NCBI GenBank assembly: GCA_964430085.1
Contig: CAYSES010000005.1
Span: 7,677-31,335 of the forward strand
DNA: 23,659 nucleotides
Reading direction: 5' to 3'
Source of the DNA: Candidatus Woesearchaeota archaeon
GTDB taxonomy: Archaea; Nanobdellota; Nanobdellia; Pacearchaeales; GW2011-AR1
Shown here: positions 17,703 through 23,659 of the stretch, in pieces
Position numbering within the stretch: position 1 is the stretch's first letter
How the letters are laid out: every line of letters starts with the position of its first letter
Translations under genes and position numbers: made by a program
Notes under the pieces: generated by a model
Database searches by the model: none
What the model was told of the DNA's origin: nothing
What the model saw: the letters and a program-made list of their open reading frames with translations, nothing else

Positions 17703-18869
17703 ATGGATGAAAAAGACACAAAAATGAATGCAAAAAGAACTTTGGTTTCTTTTTTGTTAATCGCAAGTGTTTTGTTCTTAGCTGCTACAGTTAGTGCTGC
17801 TGGAACTACAAGTGAAGTAGTTAAGGTTGATGGAATTAGTGTAGTGGATAGTCCCGCATTAATCACTGGCGACACTATAAGTGTTAAAGTTAAGTTCACT
17901 GCGAGTGTTGACGCATCAGATGTTAGAGTTAAAGCAACACTTGAAGGAAACAAAGATGATGTAACCGATGTTACTCATTATTTTGATGTTGTAGATGGGA
18001 ATACTTATACCCAGATTTTAACATTGAAAGTTCCTTCTGATATCGATAAAGATGAGATATCTGATAAATTTACTTTAACTATTAAGGTCTGGAATTCAGA
18101 CGATGATGTAACTTATGAAGATGAATGGGATTTAACTGTTCAAAGACCTTCATATGACTTTGCTATAAAGTCAGTAAATGTTGACAATTCAATTGATGCT
18201 GGACAATCTGTTCCAGTTGAAGTTGTATTGAAAAATGTTGGTTACAATAATGCAGATGATGTTTACGTAACTGTAAGCATACCAGAACTTAACATCGAAA
18301 AATCAGCCTATCTTGGAGACCTTGTTACAAAGAATTACAAGGACACTTTAAGTACTGATGACGATGACACAGACACTGTTAGTGGTAGACTTTACTTAGA
18401 AGTTCCTTACACTGCTAAGTCTGGAGTTTATACACTTGTAGTTACTGCTGAAAACGATGAAACAACAAGCACTGCTGAGAAACAAGTAGCAATAGAAAAC
18501 AGCGTTTCTGACATTGCAATGAAGTCAGGGAATGATTTGGTATTAATTAACCCTACAAACCAATTAAAGGTTTACAGAGTTGTTTACGGATCAAATGATG
18601 TTACTGTTGTTATTCAAGCTGGTTCAAGCAAGACAATTACAATAGAAACTGCAGAAGATACTGATGTAATGGTTTATTCTGGAGAAACTCTATTAAGCAC
18701 TGTTAAATTCAGCGGTTCAGCTCAGACAACTGAAGACCAATTAACAAACCCAGTATTCGTACTTACAGTTATACTAGCAATAGTATTCCTTGTTTTGTTA
18801 GTTGTATTGGTTGTTTTGATAACAAAGAAACCACAGAAAACTGAAGAATTCGGCGAAAGTTATTACTAA
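17703..18869 (+). CDS. Cell-surface protein with a signal peptide, tandem beta-sandwich (CARDB/Ig-like) domains and a C-terminal TM anchor; S-layer or adhesin candidate
   Basis: 388-aa ORF. N-terminal signal-like segment KRTLVSFLLIASVLFLAATVSAAG. Two similar T/V/D-rich modules of about 110 aa (e.g. VNVDNSIDAGQSVPVEVVLKNVGYNNADDVYVTVSIP). C-terminal hydrophobic helix VFVLTVILAIVFLVLLVVLVVLI followed by KKPQK. The true start may be the second ATG at 17724 (MNAKRT...). Confidence 0.7.
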   Translation: MDEKDTKMNAKRTLVSFLLIASVLFLAATVSAAGTTSEVVKVDGISVVDSPALITGDTISVKVKFTASVDASDVRVKATLEGNKDDVTDVTHYFDVVDGNTYTQILTLKVPSDIDKDEISDKFTLTIKVWNSDDDVTYEDEWDLTVQRPSYDFAIKSVNVDNSIDAGQSVPVEVVLKNVGYNNADDVYVTVSIPELNIEKSAYLGDLVTKNYKDTLSTDDDDTDTVSGRLYLEVPYTAKSGVYTLVVTAENDETTSTAEKQVAIENSVSDIAMKSGNDLVLINPTNQLKVYRVVYGSNDVTVVIQAGSSKTITIETAEDTDVMVYSGETLLSTVKFSGSAQTTEDQLTNPVFVLTVILAIVFLVLLVVLVVLITKKPQKTEEFGESYY

Positions 18870-18870
18870 A

Positions 18871-18905
18871 TTTTTTAATTTTTTTATTTTTCTTTTTTTA
18901 TTTTT
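18871..18905 (+). terminator. Cluster of oligo-T tracts (archaeal intrinsic terminator signals)
   Basis: T6, T7, T5, T7 and T5 runs fall within 35 nt immediately after the surface-protein stop codon (18867-18869). Confidence 0.5.
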
Positions 18906-18996
18906 ATATTAATAACAACCCCTAAGGGGAAAAGAGGGAATAGTAAAAATGGAGATGTTGAATAAACTTAAAAAGGAAATTCGCTAATAAAAAGAG

Positions 18997-19404
18997 ATGG
19001 ATGTCTTACAAAAACTAGAACCTCGATGGGGGTTTGATTATGTAGCATATCAAATTGAACATAATGAAATCAATTTTAGTGATACTGGAAGAATTTATGT
19101 TGGGACTATAAAAGTTTTCTTTGATAATATAGAAAGGGAGCTTGAATCAATAGTAAATCCAAAACAAGATTATTTTTTAGTAGATAATTTAAAAAGATTG
19201 CATGAAATAATTGGTGGAGAAAAAGATTTTTCAAAGAAAGGAATTGAGAATACAATCCAAAAAATCGACAAAATAAAAAAACAATTAGATAATCTTGTTG
19301 AAAATCCAAAAGAGTTTTATAAAAGCAAAGATTCTGAAGAATTATTCAATCTTTGCAAAAAAATCAACAAAATTTATGAACTTAAGTTTAAACCCTCATA
19401 CTAA
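18997..19404 (+). CDS. Hypothetical protein (135 aa)
   Basis: Intact ORF with an A/T 8-mer (CTTAAAAA, 18967-18974) 22 nt upstream. No motif was recognised. Its 3' end overlaps the convergent SMC 3' end by 17 nt. Confidence 0.45.
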   Translation: MDVLQKLEPRWGFDYVAYQIEHNEINFSDTGRIYVGTIKVFFDNIERELESIVNPKQDYFLVDNLKRLHEIIGGEKDFSKKGIENTIQKIDKIKKQLDNLVENPKEFYKSKDSEELFNLCKKINKIYELKFKPSY

Positions 19405-22243
19405 GAATTCTGCTAATTCCATCATGCATACTCACCCCATAGATATTTGTGGCATTGGTTATAACCTCATCATTGTGAGTGATTACAATATATTGTCCTT
19501 TTTGCATGTATTTCTTCAAAAGATCTGCAAGTCTCTCTGAATTTCTTTTGTCAAGCGCAGCATCTATTTCATCAAATATGTAAAAATAATATGGTTTTAA
19601 TTCTTGTATAGCAAAAATCAAGGATAAGGCAACAAGAGTTTGTTCCCCACCTGAAAGCGATTTAACATCAAAATATTTTCCATGCCCCATTTTTACAATA
19701 ATATTAACTCCTCCACTAAAAGGATCTTTCTTATTTTCAAGATCAAGGGATACGTGTCCCTTTGAACTTAATTGGGAAAAATTTCTGGAAAAAATCTCAT
19801 TTAAAGAATTCAAGGTTTGAAGAAATATTTTTTTCTTTTTCACATCAATTTCATGGATTATTTTTAAAATTCCTTCTTTTTCTCTTGTAATAATCTCTGT
19901 CTTCTCTTTGATTAAATCATATTCTTTTTTTATTGAATCATAAACTTCAAGAGAACGCATGTTTACAGAACCAATTTTTGATAATAACTCTTGGGTTCGG
20001 TTTAATCTTTCAAGCAATGAACTTTTGTTTGCTTTTATTATTTCGGCATTAGGGAAATCAAGCATTTCTGTTTCAAGGTTTTCAATTTCAGCACTGACTC
20101 TTGCCATGTCAATTTTTAAGTTATTCATTTCCTGTTCAAGGTTATGTACTATATTCTGTTTTCTTGAAATTTCTATTTCATTATCCCTTATCTTTCTTTG
20201 GAAAGAATCTCTTTCAGATATCATTCTCTGGAATTTTTCTACAAGACTTTCTTCCTGTTTTTTCTTTTTTTCAAGCAACTCGCTTTTTTCATCAATCTTC
20301 TCATTCATTTCTTCAAGTTCAGAATTTAAATCTTCTTCTTCTCTTGATAATTGTTTTAGGGAAACTTTTGAACGTTCAAGGTCTCTTGCTTTAAAAGAAA
20401 TTTCTGAATCAAGGTTTTCCTGATTTCTCATGGATATTTCCTGAACTTCTATTTTAAGTGTTTCATATTTTTGTTCTATGTTTGAATTTTCATCAAAAGA
20501 ATTTTCAAGATTCTTTTCTCTTCTCATAAGTTCAGAAATTTCCCCTTTTAGATAATCAATTTTTTCTTGAAGGGTTTTTATTTGATTTTGTTTTTCATGG
20601 ATATTTGAAATTTTTATCAAATCAGAATTTGCTTTTGAGATATTCAAATTTATTTGTTCTATTTCGTCATTGAGCATGCCCTTTTTTCCGTATATTTCGT
20701 TTAATTCTTTATCTGAATTGTTAATCTCCTTTTGAAGGGAATCAACTGCCTGATGCATCTCCTTATGCATTGAGTCTATATGCTCTTTGGTTATTTTGCA
20801 TTTACAAAGAGGGCAAATATCCATTTTTGAGATTTTTTCTATTAGTTTTTTTTGCTTGTCAATTTCATATTCATTTGCTGCGGAGATTTTTTCAAGGCTT
20901 ATCTCTCTCTTTGCTAGATTTTCCATTAAGTTTTTCTTTTCTGAAAGAGCTATTTTTAGTCTGTCAATTTTTTCGGGAGTTGCTTTCATATCAGAAAGTT
21001 CTTGGGAGATTGATTTTATTTGCTTTAACAGGAAATCAGATTCAGTAATATATGAATTAAAATTTGTCTTTTTATCCTGAATTCTTTCTTTTAATGATTT
21101 CAATTCAGATTTTATTGTGTAGAATTTTTTTCTTTGTTCTTCGACTTTTTCTAGTTCATTTTGTTTTGCTTCTGCTTCTTTTTGAGTCTTTGCTGAAGAA
21201 AGGGGTTTCTGAAGTTCTTTTAAACTCAAGTCAGTATTCCTAATTGATTCTTGAAGATCTTGTTTTTCCTTAGATATAGAAGATATTTTATTTTCATAGT
21301 TTTCTGAGCGTACTTTCATGCCTGCAAGCTCTGCTCTTATATTAGCTATTTCTTGATTTAGTCTTTCTTGTTCAAGTCCAGTGGATTTTTGGATTGTTGA
21401 ATTTATAGATGAAATTTTGGATTCTATATTTTCTATAATTGTCTGAAGTTCAATTATCTTTTTTCTTTCTTTTTCTATTTCTTTATTTTTGTTAGAAATT
21501 TTTAAATTAATTTCATCAGAAATTTTTCTCTTTTGAGTTATGTCTCCGTAAATGATACTTGCTTTTAATTTTTTTACGTCTTCCTGAAGTTTCTTGAATC
21601 TTAATGCCTGTTGTCTTTCTTTCTCTAAGTTGTTCAAATAAATTGTCCTTTCTCTTAAAATTGCTAATACTTCTTTTAGTTTTTCTTCTGTTTTTTCTAA
21701 TTCTCTTAAGGATTTTTCTTTTCTCATTTCATAAATAGAAATTCCTGAAACTTCCTCAATTACTTTTCTTCTTTCTTCTGATTGCATTCTTACAAAATTC
21801 TGAATTTCTCCCTGAAGAACTATATTAAAACCATTTGGATCTATTCCTCCCTGAGCAAGGAGAGATAAAACTTCCTGTCTTGTCTTTGTTTCATTATTTA
21901 TTTTGTATATACTTTGTCCATTTCTTCTTACTATTCTTTTAATTGAAATTTCATTGGCATCAATTGAAAAAACTTTATCTGAGTTGTCAATTATTATTTC
22001 AACCATTGCTTCTTTTGCCGGAGCAAATGATTTATTCCCCAAGAAAATAAGATTCCCTGCTTTTGCAGCCCTCATTGATTTTATGCTTAATCGCCCAAGA
22101 ACAAAACATAATGCATCAGAGATATTACTTTTTCCACTTCCGTTTGCTCCAATAATTACATTAATGCCAGGGGCAAGGGGAACTTCTGTTTTTTTTACAA
22201 AGCTCTTAAATCCATATATCACTAATTTTTTGATATAAAGCAT
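19388..22243 (-). CDS. smc: SMC-family chromosome-organisation ATPase with a hinge-less architecture and a central CxxC (zinc-hook-like) motif
   Basis: 951-aa ORF. N-terminal head: Walker A GANGSGKSN (nt 22127-22150), FVLGRLSIKSMRA, QGEIQNFVRMQSEERRKVIEEVSGIS. C-terminal head: signature LSGGEQTLVALSLIFA (LSGGE at nt 19643-19657), Walker B/D-loop FYIFDEIDAALD, then ITHNDE...IYGVSM. The roughly 600 aa between them are coiled-coil-like. CPLC sits at aa 477-480 (nt 20804-20815). Confidence 0.9.
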   Translation of the reverse strand: MLYIKKLVIYGFKSFVKKTEVPLAPGINVIIGANGSGKSNISDALCFVLGRLSIKSMRAAKAGNLIFLGNKSFAPAKEAMVEIIIDNSDKVFSIDANEISIKRIVRRNGQSIYKINNETKTRQEVLSLLAQGGIDPNGFNIVLQGEIQNFVRMQSEERRKVIEEVSGISIYEMRKEKSLRELEKTEEKLKEVLAILRERTIYLNNLEKERQQALRFKKLQEDVKKLKASIIYGDITQKRKISDEINLKISNKNKEIEKERKKIIELQTIIENIESKISSINSTIQKSTGLEQERLNQEIANIRAELAGMKVRSENYENKISSISKEKQDLQESIRNTDLSLKELQKPLSSAKTQKEAEAKQNELEKVEEQRKKFYTIKSELKSLKERIQDKKTNFNSYITESDFLLKQIKSISQELSDMKATPEKIDRLKIALSEKKNLMENLAKREISLEKISAANEYEIDKQKKLIEKISKMDICPLCKCKITKEHIDSMHKEMHQAVDSLQKEINNSDKELNEIYGKKGMLNDEIEQINLNISKANSDLIKISNIHEKQNQIKTLQEKIDYLKGEISELMRREKNLENSFDENSNIEQKYETLKIEVQEISMRNQENLDSEISFKARDLERSKVSLKQLSREEEDLNSELEEMNEKIDEKSELLEKKKKQEESLVEKFQRMISERDSFQRKIRDNEIEISRKQNIVHNLEQEMNNLKIDMARVSAEIENLETEMLDFPNAEIIKANKSSLLERLNRTQELLSKIGSVNMRSLEVYDSIKKEYDLIKEKTEIITREKEGILKIIHEIDVKKKKIFLQTLNSLNEIFSRNFSQLSSKGHVSLDLENKKDPFSGGVNIIVKMGHGKYFDVKSLSGGEQTLVALSLIFAIQELKPYYFYIFDEIDAALDKRNSERLADLLKKYMQKGQYIVITHNDEVITNATNIYGVSMHDGISRILSMRV

Positions 22244-22264
22244 TGTACAGATAAAGAAAATAGA

Positions 22265-22272
22265 TTTTTAAA
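22265..22272 (-). promoter_or_regulatory. TATA box (TTTAAAAA on the minus strand) for smc
   Basis: Lies in the 42-nt rnhB-smc spacer, exactly 21 nt before the smc ATG (22243). Confidence 0.45.
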
Positions 22273-22285
22273 GTTTAAGCAGAAA

Positions 22286-22954
22286 TTATTCAAACAATTT
22301 TTTCTGTTCTGCGACAGCACATGCCTCTCTCCAAGTACCCCATGTTTTCCTAAATATGCCTTTATTCGCATGCTCTTTTGAATGTAGTTCAAGAAATTTA
22401 TATGTTTTGGGATCAGAGCAATAACCTGAACCCATTTCATTCCCATATTCTCCTTTTAATTTGTCCATCTCTGTCTCCCTTACGCATTTAGCAAGGATAG
22501 AAGCAGCTGAAACAGAAACATATTTTTGATCAGCTTTATGTTCGCAAACAATTTCTAGATTTGAAAGATTGTTAATTTTAGTTTTTAAGAAATCTTTCCA
22601 TTTTTCAATGCTTACTGAGGGGCAGTCTATAATTACTTTAATCCTTGTGAATCCTTTATTTATCTTGTTTATGATTTCGGCCATTTTTAATGCCTCAATT
22701 GCATTCAGATTTACTCCATGAGCATTCTTCCCATCTATCTCTTTAGGGTAAGCAAGTGTAATTTCAAAAGTTTCAGCAGCATCTTTTATTTTCTCTGATA
22801 AGAATTCTCTTCTTTTTTGTGTTAATTTCTTTGAATCTTTTACTCCAAGTCTTTTAAGTTTCCCTTCTTCACTGTCATCTATAAGACATCCTGCCAGAAC
22901 CATTGGCCCAATAACAGGACCTCTTCCTGCATCATCTATACCTAACACTAACAT
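22286..22954 (-). CDS. rnhB: Ribonuclease HII
   Basis: 222-aa ORF with GIDDAGRGPVIGPMVLAG, DSKKLTQKRRE and HKADQKYVSVSAASILAK, typical of archaeal RNase HII. Confidence 0.93.
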   Translation of the reverse strand: MLVLGIDDAGRGPVIGPMVLAGCLIDDSEEGKLKRLGVKDSKKLTQKRREFLSEKIKDAAETFEITLAYPKEIDGKNAHGVNLNAIEALKMAEIINKINKGFTRIKVIIDCPSVSIEKWKDFLKTKINNLSNLEIVCEHKADQKYVSVSAASILAKCVRETEMDKLKGEYGNEMGSGYCSDPKTYKFLELHSKEHANKGIFRKTWGTWREACAVAEQKKLFE

Positions 22955-22975
22955 AGTTCTCTCAGATTCATAACC

Positions 22976-22983
22976 TTTATAAA
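22976..22983. promoter_or_regulatory. Palindromic TATA box (TTTATAAA) shared by divergent rnhB and tRNAi-Met
   Basis: This is the only TATA-like element in the 54-nt spacer. It lies 21 nt from the rnhB ATG (22954, minus strand) and 25 nt from the mature tRNA 5' end (23009, plus strand). Confidence 0.5.
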
Positions 22984-23008
22984 TTTAATTCTAATCGTTT
23001 CTATATAT

Positions 23009-23084
23009 AGCGGGGTAGAGCAGTCTGGAGTGCTCGTCGGGCCCATAACCCGGAGGTCGCATGGTTCAAATCCTGCCCCCGCTA
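23009..23084 (+). tRNA. Initiator tRNA-Met (anticodon CAT)
   Basis: Acceptor AGCGGGG/CCCCGCT gives an A1:U72 pair. The anticodon stem ends in three G:C pairs (GGG/CCC) flanking the loop CCCATAA. The T loop is TTCAAAT and the discriminator is A. These are archaeal initiator hallmarks. My hand fold leaves one unpaired T in the T arm (GCATGG/CCTGC). Confidence 0.8.
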
Positions 23085-23090
23085 TTTTTT
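23085..23090 (+). terminator. T6 tract immediately after tRNAi-Met
   Basis: An oligo-T run directly follows the discriminator base. Confidence 0.45.
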
Positions 23091-23095
23091 AAGAA

Positions 23096-23659
23096 TTATA
23101 TTTTTTTCAGTGCTTTCTTTTCAAGCCTAAAAAGGAATAATAATCCGATAACTGCAATTGCTCCTGTTAACATAAAGACCCATTGAAAACCTATATGTTC
23201 TGCTAACCATGCCCCAACACCTGCTGTAATTGCAGTTCCTATACCTACACTTGAAGAATAAATTGAATATTGAAAACCCCTTCTTCCCTTTTCAAGATGT
23301 GCTGTGAATAAACTGGACCATGAAGGATATGCAAAAGCTGCACCAAGACCATAGAAAAATTCTACAATATAAATATGATAAATTGAAGTTGAGAATACAT
23401 AACCAAAAGGAACCAATGCTATAATTGCAGTTCCTACTTTAAGCATCCAAAGTCTGTCTTTTGGTTTAAAGGTATAAGAAAAAAATATTTGTAATAAAGC
23501 ATGGGTAAGGAGGAAAATTGTACTTGCGAATCCTGCAGAAAAAATACTTCCTCCTTGGAGATTATCGTTAATAAAAATTGAGAGTATTGGGGCAATTAAT
23601 CCGAATCCTGTGAATACAAAGATATCAGAAATGATTAGAAGTTTTAATGTTTTGTTCAT
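23096..23659 (-). CDS. MFS-like membrane transporter, 6 TM helices in the window (possibly 5'-truncated by the window edge)
   Basis: 187-aa ORF with six hydrophobic helices and an MFS-like loop (FKPKDRLWMLKVG). The ATG is the last codon of the window, so an upstream extension to a 12-TM protein cannot be excluded. Confidence 0.7.
   Translation of the reverse strand: MNKTLKLLIISDIFVFTGFGLIAPILSIFINDNLQGGSIFSAGFASTIFLLTHALLQIFFSYTFKPKDRLWMLKVGTAIIALVPFGYVFSTSIYHIYIVEFFYGLGAAFAYPSWSSLFTAHLEKGRRGFQYSIYSSSVGIGTAITAGVGAWLAEHIGFQWVFMLTGAIAVIGLLFLFRLEKKALKKI

Noticed and set aside
17349-17953. 60-aa plus-strand ORF (17349-17531) inside the HExxH gene, and a 98-aa minus-strand ORF (17657-17953) opposite the surface-protein start.
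   Set aside because: These are alternative-frame or antisense ORFs overlapping better-supported genes. Their translations are low-complexity.
18911-18996. GC-richer patch with the palindrome CCCCTAAGGGG downstream of the surface-protein terminator, considered as a small RNA or operator.
   Set aside because: It offers a 4-bp stem only. There are no C/D-box or H/ACA-like motifs and no second copy in the window.
19295-19540. 81-aa plus-strand ORF spanning the end of the orphan gene and the smc 3' end.
   Set aside because: It overlaps two better-supported genes and has no motif or promoter.
19959-22238. Plus-strand ORFs inside smc (19959-20423, 20101-20394, 20770-21048, 20787-21080, 21903-22238).
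   Set aside because: These are F/S/L-rich mirror images of the coiled-coil K/E/L codons. They overlap each other in different frames and have no independent support.
19388-22243. Calling the 951-aa ATPase Rad50, because of its size and the central CPLC...EH hook-like motif.
   Set aside because: The head motifs are SMC-type (FDEIDAALD Walker B/D-loop, SERRKVIEEVSGIS, IYGVSM) rather than Rad50-type (DEPT). No mre11, herA or nurA gene is adjacent. The hook is kept as a finding, but the Rad50 name is not.
22222-22446. 74-aa minus-strand ORF overlapping the rnhB 3' end and the smc start.
   Set aside because: It is out of frame with the conserved RNase HII C-terminus and runs through the smc promoter and start, so it is spurious.
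23096-23659. Half-size (6-TM, 187-aa) MFS protein considered as a notable finding.
   Set aside because: The ATG is the very last codon of the window and no upstream in-frame stop is visible. A normal 12-TM gene truncated by the window edge cannot be excluded.
1-23659. Scan for CRISPR arrays, IS elements, integrases next to the two tRNA genes, inteins in rpoA, rpoB and the EF-2 gene, and stop-codon recoding.
   Set aside because: No direct-repeat arrays or transposase/integrase-like ORFs were found. The large conserved proteins are at or below normal length with contiguous motifs, so they contain no inteins. TAA, TGA and TAG all terminate genes at the expected positions.

Overview
AT-rich, gene-dense archaeal fragment using the standard genetic code. 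The compact proteins, lack of Shine-Dalgarno sites and apparently leaderless promoters suggest a small-genome, DPANN-like lineage, but that placement is inference only. From 1 to about 15.7 kb the window is a housekeeping block: tRNA-Lys, the RNA polymerase operon (rpoH, unsplit rpoB, one ORF covering both rpoA' and rpoA''), archaeal nusA, uS12, uS7, aEF-2, aEF-1alpha and archaeal DnaG. Several small orphan genes sit at positions where the conserved archaeal cluster normally has rpl30e and rps10. From 15.8 to 19.4 kb there is an accessory-looking run of four independently promoted genes: a patatin-like lipase, an HExxH metallopeptidase-like protein, an anchored surface protein and an orphan. 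From 19.4 kb to the end lie a minus-strand SMC gene and RNase HII, an initiator tRNA-Met and a 6-TM MFS-like gene. No CRISPR array, transposase, integrase or recognisable defence cassette was seen. The most unusual observations are: (1) the SMC protein has bona fide SMC heads but no hinge, and carries a Rad50-type CPLC zinc-hook motif at the exact midpoint of its coiled coil; (2) rpoA' and rpoA'' are fused in frame through a linker of about 10 aa; (3) a single palindromic TATA box appears to serve rnhB and tRNAi-Met divergently, and many genes show a fixed 21-22 nt TATA-to-ATG spacing. All calls are hand-made from motifs, with no database search.
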